A stretch of 41,337 nucleotides of DNA. Origin: a virus. Positions 23,972-33,441 of the stretch are shown piece after piece. The translations under genes and the position numbers were made by a program. Under the pieces are notes generated by a model. That model made no database searches and was not told the DNA's origin. It saw only the letters and a list, made by a program, of their open reading frames with translations. The stretch is from the IMG/VR virus record IMGVR_UViG_3300038829_000038, positions 1 to 41,337 of that record, one strand, 5' to 3'. The number at the start of each line of letters is the position of its first letter. Position 1 is the first letter of the stretch.

Positions 23972-24301
23972 CTACCCCCATAAGCATCCGAACCGGCACC
24001 GCTGACGGTGCGCCCCCGAGCCCGCATTCGCAGCCGTGGCCGTCGTGCCCACCGCACCAGTCGCCGTATTGAGACACCGAATGTCTTTGTAGGTGTGGGT
24101 CCCAGCTGACCGACTCTTGAATGTCACCGTGGCCGTATTCGTGATCGCCACATCGAGCCCAGCCGTCCCATAATGCGTCACGGGCACGGTCGCCCCGGTT
24201 CCATTGGCAATCGCGCCAGAGTGCAAAATGACCCCAGTAAATTCCTCAATCGCCCATGCAGGGCCTGCGAGGAGGACGAGCAGGAGTGCGATGATCACCA
24301 T
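23972..24301 (-). CDS. Small signal-peptide-bearing protein (109 aa)
   Basis: MVIIALLLVLLAGPAWA|IEEF. TAATG coupling with the upstream coiled-coil gene. Confidence 0.55.
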   Translation of the reverse strand: MVIIALLLVLLAGPAWAIEEFTGVILHSGAIANGTGATVPVTHYGTAGLDVAITNTATVTFKSRSAGTHTYKDIRCLNTATGAVGTTATAANAGSGAHRQRCRFGCLWG

Positions 24302-24762
24302 TACAAATCCGCCTTACCGAGTGTGCGCTTGATGAGTGCCAGCGATTCTTGGCACGCCTTCAATTTCGCCTCTTCCTGTAGGACACGGCTGGACACGTCC
24401 TGCAATCTATTCCTCCGCTCCTCAAGCTTCTCCGCCAGAGAGACGGCGGTTGCGGTGAATTCGCTTTCCGCTTTATTCTTGGCCGCGTGCAGTTGCGCCA
24501 GCTCGATCTTCAATGCATCGTTCTGCGCTTGGATCCGCTCACGCTCCGTAATGGTCTCTCCCGCAATCCGCTTCAGCTCATAGTCAGACTGCAACGCGGC
24601 GGCCTCCACGCGCTCAATGATCGATCCTAACGCTTTCCGCTTCGCTTCGATCTGTGCATCCAAGGCTTTCTTGTCCGCTTCGGCTTGCTGGTAGTCTTTC
24701 TCAATCGCCTGGCGTGCTTTAATCAGCAACTCACGCCGGGATATCTCGTCGAGTTCTTCCAT
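24301..24762 (-). CDS. Coiled-coil protein (153 aa)
   Basis: Start set at MEELDE (ATG 24762). Position 24798 in the track is a GTG. Heptad-rich and E/K/A/L-rich throughout. Confidence 0.55.
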   Translation of the reverse strand: MEELDEISRRELLIKARQAIEKDYQQAEADKKALDAQIEAKRKALGSIIERVEAAALQSDYELKRIAGETITERERIQAQNDALKIELAQLHAAKNKAESEFTATAVSLAEKLEERRNRLQDVSSRVLQEEAKLKACQESLALIKRTLGKADL

Positions 24763-24818
24763 AGATCCCTCGTGAGAGGGCAGGAGGATCACTCCCACCC
24801 TCTCGTTAGGCCCATTTG

Positions 24819-25610
24819 CTAGAAGGGCAACCGCTCCCAGCTCAGGTACACGTAGCCGGCCGCCGTATCAGACCCTGCCGATCCGGTATAGCTGATCGAC
24901 TTCGCCGTGCCATCCGTACGGTACCGCTTCGAGGTGAAGCCTCCCACGGTCGCCACGGCATCAGCCCCAGTGATACTGGTCGCCAGCAGATCACCGATGT
25001 AGCGCGTCCCCACGTAGTCAATGGTCGTGCCGCCCGTGATCTGCGGAAGCAACTCCCGCCATCCTGTCGTGCCGACATCGCCAACGGTAATGAACCCATT
25101 GGCATCCCCGCCAGCTTCCCCGGACAAGAGGCCCACATCGATGGTTTCCGTCGCGTCCGCGGTCGTCACGCGCAGCGACACATTGTACGCCGTCATCAAG
25201 CAGTTCGCGGGAAGATCCAGGCCGGTATCCTGCTCGCTGTTGTTGTTCGGCCCAAACGGCACGGCTACGGTCTGGCGCGAACCCATCGGATTGACGAGAA
25301 TGCGTCCAACGGACGAACTCACCGAGTTCAGTCCAATCGCTCGCCCGTCCGCCGTAATTCCGCTCAGATCCACCGCCGTGACGGTCGCGGCGGTGAAAAA
25401 CGAGACCCGCCCATTCGTGATCGTCAGGACCCCAATCCCTCCGGTTTCCGTTAAGGTGGTCCCGTTCTCGTCCGTGTAGATCGTCGGAGAATCCGGCGTA
25501 TCTTCCGTCAACACCATGACTTTCCCGGTATCATCGTCCAGCGAGGTCTGTGCATAGCTCTGCGTCACGTCCACCAACTGGAAGCTCCACTTATTCAATA
25601 GTAAACCCAT
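24819..25610 (-). CDS. Hypothetical structural protein (263 aa)
   Basis: Start set at MGLLLNKW (ATG 25610, GGGAG upstream). Beta-rich T/G/D composition. Lies two genes downstream of the capsid gene. Confidence 0.55.
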   Translation of the reverse strand: MGLLLNKWSFQLVDVTQSYAQTSLDDDTGKVMVLTEDTPDSPTIYTDENGTTLTETGGIGVLTITNGRVSFFTAATVTAVDLSGITADGRAIGLNSVSSSVGRILVNPMGSRQTVAVPFGPNNNSEQDTGLDLPANCLMTAYNVSLRVTTADATETIDVGLLSGEAGGDANGFITVGDVGTTGWRELLPQITGGTTIDYVGTRYIGDLLATSITGADAVATVGGFTSKRYRTDGTAKSISYTGSAGSDTAAGYVYLSWERLPF

Positions 25611-25627
25611 AAGATTTCTCCCTTTTC

Positions 25628-25888
25628 TTAGCGCCCGCCTTTGCCGATTGCTAACCACATCACGGCATCGGTGCCGGTTCCCGTGATCGTAAATGACCCC
25701 GCTGAAATATCGGAAATCCGTGCCGCGTTCGCCGTTTGGGACGACGCGAATGCGACTTCCACGATTTCAAACGTAGTTTTGACGACCACGGTCCCACCGG
25801 AGAGCGCCACAATCCCGTATTCTGATCGTGTCGCCACTCCGATCACGTCCAGCAACCGACGCGATAGCGACGTAAAATTGAAAGCCAT
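25628..25888 (-). CDS. Small structural protein (86 aa), possible capsid decoration protein
   Basis: AAAGGAG upstream of ATG 25888. Directly downstream of the major capsid gene. The function is inferred from position only. Confidence 0.45.
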   Translation of the reverse strand: MAFNFTSLSRRLLDVIGVATRSEYGIVALSGGTVVVKTTFEIVEVAFASSQTANAARISDISAGSFTITGTGTDAVMWLAIGKGGR

Positions 25889-25907
25889 CGTTCAGCTCCT
25901 TTCGTGA

Positions 25908-26987
25908 TTACCGACCCACGGCTGCCGTGTAGACATGGATGATCCCATAATCTTCGTTGGATTCGCCGTTCACGGCATTGAAATCATAGACCACTTTTTT
26001 GATGCCGTTGATCTCGTGCAGTTTATAGCCCGCGTCTTCCTCGTAGTTATCCAGCTCCTCTTTGAACCGGCTATGCTGTGCCCAGGCAATGCACCCAGCC
26101 TGTGCCCCGAGAAGCAAGTTATGGGAACATTGTACGGAATTGCTGTTGGTTTCGAGCCCCATCCCTTCCCACTCATGCACTAAGACAGCGTTGTAGGCCC
26201 CTTTGAACGAACTCCCTGTAAAGAGCACGTTGTTCTTGTTGGCCATCGGTGGAATCAACAGCATCGGCTGACGCCACACGGCGTCAAGATTCACCATGTC
26301 GCGAATCGCATAGGTATGTGCAGCCATCAAGAACCATTCCTGATACCCGTCCTCCTCGTCGCGGTCCTTGACGATCATCGGGCGAATCTTCCCGGTCGCA
26401 TTCTGCGGAATCTTGGCGTATTCCTTCGCAATATCGATGATGTTGGTGGTCAACTTGTCATCGGTATTGTCCATATTCGCGAGGGCGGTCGCATGCGTCG
26501 CATTCCAATTCGTGCTCGGCGCCACGCCGTAGACGTACCGACCCTTCACGCGGCCTTCTGTGATATCGGAGAGCGCCGACGTGATCCGCTCATCCGTGCG
26601 CTGCGCTCGCTTCCGAGCGAGGCCATCACGCGCTTCCTTGAGGGTGTCAAAGGCCGCTCGTTGCTGCGTCATGGGGATGTTTTCGACGCGCACCGAGACG
26701 TTATCGTTATCGACCGTCACTTGAAACGGCGCAAAATGCATCACGCCTTCATTCCCGGAAACTTTCGCAGAGCCCGTCACCACCCCGCCGACGATCTCAG
26801 ACGCGATATTGAAGGTCATCGCATCGCCCTTGGTCTTCGTCAGGTCCGCCTTGACCTGAATCGGTGAATTCATGGACGTGGACATGAACCGATTCCAGAA
26901 CAACTGCCGGAGGTACCGCTTGTTGCAATCTGCATCCCACTGCTTCACGGTCACGCCTTGCGATGCCAAGATCTCTGTAAATCCCAT
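25908..26987 (-). CDS. Major capsid protein
   Basis: 359 aa, following the portal and scaffold genes. The N-terminal pattern FWNRFM..IQVKADLTKTKGDAMTFNI..VGGVVTGSAKVSGNEG is typical of podovirus HK97-fold coat proteins (N4-like MCP family, from memory). AAAGGGGAG upstream. Confidence 0.8.
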   Translation of the reverse strand: MGFTEILASQGVTVKQWDADCNKRYLRQLFWNRFMSTSMNSPIQVKADLTKTKGDAMTFNIASEIVGGVVTGSAKVSGNEGVMHFAPFQVTVDNDNVSVRVENIPMTQQRAAFDTLKEARDGLARKRAQRTDERITSALSDITEGRVKGRYVYGVAPSTNWNATHATALANMDNTDDKLTTNIIDIAKEYAKIPQNATGKIRPMIVKDRDEEDGYQEWFLMAAHTYAIRDMVNLDAVWRQPMLLIPPMANKNNVLFTGSSFKGAYNAVLVHEWEGMGLETNSNSVQCSHNLLLGAQAGCIAWAQHSRFKEELDNYEEDAGYKLHEINGIKKVVYDFNAVNGESNEDYGIIHVYTAAVGR

Positions 26988-27012
26988 AACTCCCCTTTCT
27001 GTTCAAACCTCG

Positions 27013-27885
27013 TCAATCAAGGAAGTGTCCGCCAATGGCCGACAAGGAAAAATCTTCCTCTACTTTGACGGGCTCTCGTCCTTCAGCCGCCCCCCGCGCT
27101 TCGCTCACGCTCGGCGCTTGCTTCCCGATGAGGGATGGAGTCGCGGCTTGCTGTTTGTGAAGTTCTTTCATGATTTCAGGCCGGACCTTCTCCGTAATGA
27201 TCCGTTCCCATTGATCAGGGTCCGGGCCCAGCTCTTCGTAGACCTTCCGCTCACGAAGAACGCGAAGTGCCTCTTCGACGGGATGATCAGCACGAGCCAC
27301 GCGCACATGATGCCACGGCTCAGCCTCAATGAGCTGTCGATACGGGGCTCCCTCGTCATAGATTTGACTATCGACAAACGAGTCTCCGTACTTTTCCGAC
27401 GCAATGCGACGGCTCGCCGTCTCTTTCCCGCGAAATTCTACTACCCGCTCTTGGTCTTCCGGTGAAGGGGCGACAGGCGCCTCATAGGTTCCCGCCAGTT
27501 GCTGTTCGAGAATCTTGAGCTTGCCTTGCGTCTCCTTCAGTTCTCGACCAAGCCGAGAATTCACGGCAGTCTGCTCATTCAGCCGCTTTTTAAACATCTC
27601 AACGGGGTCCGCCTCGCCCTTTTTGGCAGCAGGCTCCTGTTTCGCCTCGTCCTTCGCTGATATTGGCGCGGATTCGGCAGGGGTGTCCTTTGTGGCCTCG
27701 GCAGCCTTTCCGGTAGGGGGAATGCTCTCGGCCTTCGGCACCTCCTGAGATGCTCCTGCACCAGATCGCTCGGCAGACGTCGGATCACCAGATTCAGCGT
27801 GGGCCTGGTCGATCATCGACATGAGGCTATCGCTGAGTGGGGAGCTGGCTTGCGCGTGCGCTAGTGGCTGTACGGCTGTACTCAT
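27013..27885 (-). CDS. Scaffolding protein candidate (290 aa)
   Basis: Acidic, Ala/Glu/Lys-rich, coiled-coil centre (LNEQTAVNSRLGRELKETQGKLKILEQQL). Lies between the portal and capsid genes. Confidence 0.6.
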   Translation of the reverse strand: MSTAVQPLAHAQASSPLSDSLMSMIDQAHAESGDPTSAERSGAGASQEVPKAESIPPTGKAAEATKDTPAESAPISAKDEAKQEPAAKKGEADPVEMFKKRLNEQTAVNSRLGRELKETQGKLKILEQQLAGTYEAPVAPSPEDQERVVEFRGKETASRRIASEKYGDSFVDSQIYDEGAPYRQLIEAEPWHHVRVARADHPVEEALRVLRERKVYEELGPDPDQWERIITEKVRPEIMKELHKQQAATPSLIGKQAPSVSEARGAAEGREPVKVEEDFSLSAIGGHFLD

Positions 27886-27934
27886 GGGACCCTTTCTCTA
27901 TCCAGCGTAGTGGATAGGATGACACAGTGATGAG

Positions 27935-28129
27935 CTACCCCATCACCACATAGGTTTTCGGCTTCACGGTGACGACCCGAACTTGTCGGTCATCGTCATC
28001 CTCCATCTTCACCACCTCGTAGCGGTGAATCGCGTTCGCATCCCCCAACCGATCCGCCAGGAGTCGCGTCATGATCGGCGTGATCGTTTGGGCATTGCCA
28101 ATCTGTTTATACGGGATTCTCAGTTCCAT
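27935..28129 (-). CDS. Hypothetical small protein (64 aa)
   Basis: Start set at MELRIPYK (ATG 28129, GGAGG 6 nt upstream). It overlaps the portal 3' end in another frame. Confidence 0.45.
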   Translation of the reverse strand: MELRIPYKQIGNAQTITPIMTRLLADRLGDANAIHRYEVVKMEDDDDRQVRVVTVKPKTYVVMG

Positions 28130-30224
28130 CCATCGCCTCCTGTTTCGCGGCAAAGATCTCACGAGACCGCATCATCCCTTCCATCGCGGTCTGCATCGCT
28201 GACAGATCCACATTCCCGCGCTCAATCGTCGCCCGCGTGCCCTCTTTGATTTGCGTCTCCACGATGGAGGCTTGCAATTTCTTGACGAAGGCCGGGTCAT
28301 TGCCCTGTTGCATGATCGCTTGTGCCAGTTCCGGGCTCTGCATGGCCGTGAGTGCATAATAGGCTTGTACCTCTGGCGTGAGGTCTTGCCACGTCATCGC
28401 AATGTTCATCTTCGGCATGGCAGGAGCCGGTTGACTTTGCGCGTCAATCATCTTGAGCAACCCTTCCTTCTCCCGAAGGTCGCTCAACTGAATGCCGAGC
28501 TTCACCATCCATGATCCATGTTGCGCCAGTTGCGGAAGCGCGGTCAGAAGCATTTCGGTCTGCTGCTCCCTGACTGTCGCCCAATCCTTCGTTTCAACGA
28601 TCACAATGTCGTAGATCCGTTCTTTCATCGCCGCAATGTCACCCTTCGACACCGTGACCGTACGGGGTGTGTTCGGATCGTCCGTGAGCTGAAAGGCGAT
28701 TTCTTCCGTCAGATACTGCTGTTGATAGGCAAAGCAGAGTTTTGCCTTGAGATGCCGTGTCCGACGCAGATTGTTCATGGTCGGGAGCACGATGTAATTG
28801 CTCATCATCTGCTTCCGCGCAATGCCCGTTCCGCTCCGCACTTCCGACGGCATGCCCATGGATTCGTTCCCATGGCCAGACACGCGACGGATCGCGTCTT
28901 TGTCTTCCTGCAAGAGCGAGAGCTGCCCTTGTCCAAGATCGATATTGTCACGAATGAGGATCTTGCCGTTCGATAGTGCCCCTTCCTGCACCTCCATGAA
29001 CCCATCAGGCTTTGCCTTCTCGGCTTGATGCCGCTCAACATCCTCGACCGCGTTTTTCTCAGCAAGCGTTTGCCGGTTCGACAGCAGCGAGAGGGCTTTC
29101 GACTCCCGCTTATTGATCGCTTCATTGATGGGGACCAACCGCCTGCACAGCGAGATCGGCTCCCCATTTTTCCGACGATGGAAATACATCGGCACGTAGG
29201 GGAAGAGGTTTGTTCGGTGTGGCGAGTAATCATGATGAATCAGGAGGCCCGCAACAAAGACCCCAACATGCATCCGATCCACATAGACCGGCTTCTTCGT
29301 GATCCCATCGCCCAGCTCTCGGATGATCTCGTTGGCCTGCTGGTTGTCGAACGGCACGGGCAACGGGACGATGCGATCTTCCAGGAAGAGGTGGTAGAGC
29401 TTGATTTTCCGCTTGTACCAGACCTCGAACGGGCGGAGGCGATGCCGCTTGACATCGACATAGACCGCCATCGCCTCGTTGCGGAGCCCGGCGCTCACCT
29501 CCGTAAACGACTCCACGCTATAGCCATGTCCATTCGTGAGCTGCTTTAATTCATTGGCTTTGTCCGGCCAGAGACTAATGGAGTCTTCCAGGTCCATCCA
29601 GCGGCCTTCCGCGATAAACTTGGCCTCGCCGTCTTCATTTGGGTCATAGCGCGTTGAATAGGGATCGCAGACGATATTGAACGGATTGCGAGCCCGTTCG
29701 ACAATCTGCATCTGCCCCATTTCATTCGGACGCGGCTCAATCTTGAGCCAGCCGACGCCGCCGACTAAGGCGTCATCCACCATGTCCTGTTCCTCAAACT
29801 CATAGAGGTTCACTTGGTCAATGAACCGCATATAGTCTTGGGAGAGCTGCCCGATGAGATCGTCAGATGGGGTATTGCGCCCGAGGAAGGTAGCGACTTG
29901 GCGCGTTTGAATCAGTTGCCCGGTAATGCGCTCGATAATGGGGGCGATTTCGTTGCGCTTCGTGGGGGGCTGCTTCCGCTCGGTATACGCCGCCAATTCT
30001 TCGGCTGTGTAATGGTCGCCTTCGCGGAAGTGATAATCGAGCGAGGCGTCCCGCTCGTAGGCTTGCCGGACGGGATGCGTAATGCCCCCAAACACCATTC
30101 GGTCCAGCCGGTGCAGGACCGTATCGTCCGTCTCGCGCTTAATGGACTCAATAAGAAAATCGAGTTCGGTGGTGGAGTATCGTGGGGTGCTACGCGCCAT
30201 GTACGAAGGGTCATTCCTTCGCAC
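28107..30224 (-). CDS. Portal protein
   Basis: About 700-aa ORF immediately downstream of terL, with an acidic C-terminus. The start is uncertain: GTG at 30224 or ATG at 30200. Confidence 0.7.
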   Translation of the reverse strand: MRRNDPSYMARSTPRYSTTELDFLIESIKRETDDTVLHRLDRMVFGGITHPVRQAYERDASLDYHFREGDHYTAEELAAYTERKQPPTKRNEIAPIIERITGQLIQTRQVATFLGRNTPSDDLIGQLSQDYMRFIDQVNLYEFEEQDMVDDALVGGVGWLKIEPRPNEMGQMQIVERARNPFNIVCDPYSTRYDPNEDGEAKFIAEGRWMDLEDSISLWPDKANELKQLTNGHGYSVESFTEVSAGLRNEAMAVYVDVKRHRLRPFEVWYKRKIKLYHLFLEDRIVPLPVPFDNQQANEIIRELGDGITKKPVYVDRMHVGVFVAGLLIHHDYSPHRTNLFPYVPMYFHRRKNGEPISLCRRLVPINEAINKRESKALSLLSNRQTLAEKNAVEDVERHQAEKAKPDGFMEVQEGALSNGKILIRDNIDLGQGQLSLLQEDKDAIRRVSGHGNESMGMPSEVRSGTGIARKQMMSNYIVLPTMNNLRRTRHLKAKLCFAYQQQYLTEEIAFQLTDDPNTPRTVTVSKGDIAAMKERIYDIVIVETKDWATVREQQTEMLLTALPQLAQHGSWMVKLGIQLSDLREKEGLLKMIDAQSQPAPAMPKMNIAMTWQDLTPEVQAYYALTAMQSPELAQAIMQQGNDPAFVKKLQASIVETQIKEGTRATIERGNVDLSAMQTAMEGMMRSREIFAAKQEAMDGTENPV

Positions 30225-30273
30225 GCGGCTCCGTGGAGGCGGGTGCTACAGTTGAATCTACCTTAGCCCTCTA

Positions 30274-30429
30274 TCATTTCCCCAGGTACTTGTCAAGCTC
30301 GTGCAAGGCCAAGGAGAGTTCCGTAAACGCCCCCTTGACCTTGCGCCGGATCGCCATCAGGGCTATTTTTTCTTCTTGCCGGACTTCTTGCTCGGCATGC
30401 CGTATCCCATGGCCATCACCACCTTTCAT
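30274..30429 (-). CDS. 51-aa ORF between terL and portal (below the track cutoff)
   Basis: The ATG directly follows the terL TGA. Hand translation is MKGGDGHGIRHAEQEVRQEEKIALMAIRRKVKGAFTELSLALHELDKYLGK. Confidence 0.35.
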   Translation of the reverse strand: MKGGDGHGIRHAEQEVRQEEKIALMAIRRKVKGAFTELSLALHELDKYLGK

Positions 30430-32052
30430 TCACACCACCTTCCACGAAACCGATACGCCCGTCTGCCGTGTTCGTGTCCGCCTGAAGCGTTCAGGCACTT
30501 TTGTGCAATAGCGAAGATAGCCGCGCCACGCCAGACAGAGGCTATCGGCTTCGTTTGGCGAATGGAGCAAAGGTTTGACGTTCGGAATTCCAGAGGACGA
30601 CCCTTTCCCTTGCACTTTCGTCCGGGTCCGCCCGTTCAACGCCACCGACGCCCATTTGATGGACGTGAGCTGCGCGATCAGCTCATCATAATTCTTCACC
30701 CTCGGGTCCAGCGCAATTTCCTTCGTTTCCATAAACGCCTCGCGGAGTTCCCACCACAATTCATCGCGCATCCGATGAAATTCCTGGTCCCGCATGGGCG
30801 ATTGCGCGGCATCGATGCCATAGACGTTCCTGAGATGGTGCTTATCGACCAGCATTTTGTAGGTGGACCGCCCGAGCCCCCCCGAGTCCACCATGACCGC
30901 GAAGGCCGCATCTGGCGCGAGGTTCGCTTGCTCTTTTGAGAGAATATCCGCGACATGATCGGCGAGCCGAAACTCGTCCACCGTCACAAATTCGTACAGT
31001 GCCACGAGCTTAGGCCCGCGCAAGACCGTCACAATCGACGGATCGCCCCCCGAGCCACCCCCGCCCACATCTACCCCAATCGACAGCGGATCGTGAGGCA
31101 TGAGCAGGATCTCGCGCTCACTCGCGGCCATCGCCGCGTCGTAGTGTATCAGGGTGTCCGCCGCTTGCTTCGGGGGCATCCCAATCACGCGAATCCGCAC
31201 GGTGTCCGAGTCTTCCCCGTACTTCTCAATCAACACATCTTGCGCCCGCTCGTTAAACCACGAGAATCGTCCTTTTGACGACAGCTTCTCCTGCTTCAGC
31301 TTCCGCGCATCCCATTGCAGGCACACCCACTGCTTCCGGTTGTTCGTGTGCGACTCGGCGGCAAACCCTGTCCGTTTCGTGGGGTTAAAAATCATAATCA
31401 TGAGCGAGAGGGGGTCCGTCAGCCCGCCCTCAATCGGCTTAAAGACCGGATCTTGGACGCCGGACGCTTCCGTAATGAGATAGATCACACCAATCGCATG
31501 AATACCGGCCAAGACCACCCCTTGCTCGTCAGGGCTGGAGTTCTGCTGAATCGTCCGTGGCTCAATGCGGGAGAACTCCCCGTTGTTCGGGTCCTCTTTC
31601 AGATAGATCCGATTGGCCTGCTTCTCAAAGAGTGCCGACAAGATCTCACTACTGGCAATGACCTTGCCAAACTCCGGCCAGAGCGTCGATTGCAGCGTCG
31701 GGCCGGCGGGAGCCGTACAGACCCCTTTCGGCTTGTAGACCTTCAAGACGGAGAGGTAATGGAGCCCGATCCCGGTGACGGATCGCTCTTTCCCGAGCCC
31801 ATGCCCCGACATCACCGAAATCCCCATCTTGTCGGCAAGCTCCGTCTCTTCCGGCGTCAACGCCTCTGGCCCTAGTTGGTAGCGTTTGAGCTTCGCGTTT
31901 AGGAGCTTCCGGTAGGCGTCCCATAACTGCTCTTGCCCTGACCACGGATCAAAGTCCTCACCGAGAAAGCGTGTGGCCCAGTAGAACGGGTCCAGCACCC
32001 ACCGATCCGCCTCAGCGGCTTGGTCCTTGGTGAGGGTCGTGGTACTCGTCAT
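30430..32052 (-). CDS. terL: Terminase large subunit
   Basis: The N-terminal ATPase region has SGHGLGKERS (Walker A-like) and VIYLITEASG (Walker B-like). The C-terminal nuclease region has IGVDVGGGGSGGDPSIV and MVDSGGLG. It lies upstream of the portal gene. Confidence 0.85.
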   Translation of the reverse strand: MTSTTTLTKDQAAEADRWVLDPFYWATRFLGEDFDPWSGQEQLWDAYRKLLNAKLKRYQLGPEALTPEETELADKMGISVMSGHGLGKERSVTGIGLHYLSVLKVYKPKGVCTAPAGPTLQSTLWPEFGKVIASSEILSALFEKQANRIYLKEDPNNGEFSRIEPRTIQQNSSPDEQGVVLAGIHAIGVIYLITEASGVQDPVFKPIEGGLTDPLSLMIMIFNPTKRTGFAAESHTNNRKQWVCLQWDARKLKQEKLSSKGRFSWFNERAQDVLIEKYGEDSDTVRIRVIGMPPKQAADTLIHYDAAMAASEREILLMPHDPLSIGVDVGGGGSGGDPSIVTVLRGPKLVALYEFVTVDEFRLADHVADILSKEQANLAPDAAFAVMVDSGGLGRSTYKMLVDKHHLRNVYGIDAAQSPMRDQEFHRMRDELWWELREAFMETKEIALDPRVKNYDELIAQLTSIKWASVALNGRTRTKVQGKGSSSGIPNVKPLLHSPNEADSLCLAWRGYLRYCTKVPERFRRTRTRQTGVSVSWKVV

Positions 32053-32315
32053 ATGCGCGGGACCCCAGGCAGCGCCGTCACCGGCTGCACGAGCGCCGTG
32101 CTGTGGTACAGCCGTAACAGCTTCTCCGCCCGCTTCAAGATCGACGCCATCAGATTCGGCTCAGTCAACGGCCCTGAGACATGGAGCCGCCCGTCTTCCC
32201 CCAGCACCAGCACGACCACCGTCTTGATCCCGCCCGGACGAATCGGCAGCTCAATCACCATGCCGTCCTTCCGCGCGTTACTGTGGACATCCGCTGAAAT
32301 CCGTTGCTCGCTCAT
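32049..32315 (-). CDS. Hypothetical protein (88 aa)
   Basis: ATGA coupling at both ends. No motif recognised. Confidence 0.55.
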   Translation of the reverse strand: MSEQRISADVHSNARKDGMVIELPIRPGGIKTVVVLVLGEDGRLHVSGPLTEPNLMASILKRAEKLLRLYHSTALVQPVTALPGVPRI

Positions 32316-32518
32316 GTGGTCTCCTCTCCGTGACGCATCCGCAACATCAAGCGGGTCAACCCGTTCGCGTCACCATCTTCCTGCGCGACACTCCGCGCAA
32401 TCCCGCACACCTGGCAGCACCAAAACACCGCGATAACGTCCACTCCGTTCTCTGCGTACACCTCCGTCTGAATCGGCCACGTCCGCCGGCAGTCAGGGCA
32501 CCGCATCTCTTCACTCAT
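32312..32518 (-). CDS. Zinc-ribbon mini-protein (68 aa)
   Basis: Start set at MSEEMRCPDC (ATG 32518, ATGA with the upstream stop). CPDC ... CCQVC. Confidence 0.5.
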   Translation of the reverse strand: MSEEMRCPDCRRTWPIQTEVYAENGVDVIAVFWCCQVCGIARSVAQEDGDANGLTRLMLRMRHGEETT

Positions 32519-32679
32519 CCGGGTCGCTTCCCCGCTTTCATCATCATCCATTCCCCACACCATTCCGTCACCTCCACAATCGGAAACCGTCGATCAAACG
32601 GCGGGTACCGATGACATTCCGGGTAATCCCCTTTCGGAATTTCCATGTACCGACATGTTTGACAGGTACGTGCTTCCAT
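32515..32679 (-). CDS. Cys-rich mini-protein (54 aa)
   Basis: Start set at MEARTCQTCRYMEIPKGDYPECHRY (ATG 32679, AAGGAGatcc upstream). The upstream part of the track ORF looks non-coding. Confidence 0.5.
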   Translation of the reverse strand: MEARTCQTCRYMEIPKGDYPECHRYPPFDRRFPIVEVTEWCGEWMMMKAGKRPG

Positions 32680-32907
32680 GGATCTCCTTTTTATGAAAAT
32701 AAAATTTTGGAACGATTGAGCTGCGGAGGATGGTATTCGGAGACATCGCCTCACTTTTCCCCCCGTACCACCAGGTCCCCCGGCCTCTCGAATCTGGCGA
32801 GCCATGGCACGGTCGATGCTCTTGCCTGGTACCATGGAGAGTTAACAGTTTGTACATTATCAGACTCTATCAATGAAACACCGCTGTTTATGCGGTATTC
32901 CTCATTC

Positions 32908-33441
32908 CTACATAATATCTGCAACATTAGAATCAACAGGTTGCGAGGGAGCTGGCTCAGAACTAGGGGTTAACCCTGAGGTACGTTTGTAGAGCGTACT
33001 CACCTGACCATCGAGCATTTTGCTAATTGTGCTGATATTGGCTGTGGATTGGCCTGTTTCGAGGCGCTCTTTGTCGTAGAGCGTGCCGTGCTGAGTATTG
33101 AGGGCGAAAACAAGGCCGCTTATTTGCGAGGGAGATAGTGAGGCGAGGAGTCCGTCTTTCCGCAACAGATCCAGCAATTTATCTTGCACGATGAGATTCT
33201 TCGCTTGCATCGTCGCCAGCGTATCAGCTCGTCCTGATCGAAAGTCTTTAAGGGCTTGATATTCTGGCTCTATTTTATCAAGGAATCGTCGGATGGTCGA
33301 GGGGTGGACATTGACAATCTTGGCGATTTTTTCGCTGTTCACACCTTTGTGAGCGAGGTCGAGAATGGTCTTGGAGTGCTGGCCGGTCTTCGTGCGCTGC
33401 GAGCGGATGCGAGGAGTGGGCGAGGGCGCTGGCTCAGGCAT
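32908..33441 (-). CDS. HTH DNA-binding protein, small terminase subunit candidate (177 aa)
   Basis: The HTH is ILDLAHKGVNSEKIAKIVNVHPSTIRRFL, and LYDKERLETGQSTANI resembles a block seen in small terminases. It is the first gene of the packaging operon. The start is ATG 33441 or TTG 33477, and there is no clear SD. Confidence 0.45.
   Translation of the reverse strand: MPEPAPSPTPRIRSQRTKTGQHSKTILDLAHKGVNSEKIAKIVNVHPSTIRRFLDKIEPEYQALKDFRSGRADTLATMQAKNLIVQDKLLDLLRKDGLLASLSPSQISGLVFALNTQHGTLYDKERLETGQSTANISTISKMLDGQVSTLYKRTSGLTPSSEPAPSQPVDSNVADIM

Noticed and set aside
23293-25454. Large plus-strand ORFs opposite structural genes (e.g. 23293..23952, 24816..25454, 26316..26867, 30301..30939, 3786..4403)
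   Set aside because: These are shadow ORFs typical of GC-rich DNA: Arg/Pro/Gly-rich, no ribosome-binding sites, and each fully inside a minus-strand gene with recognisable motifs or coupling.
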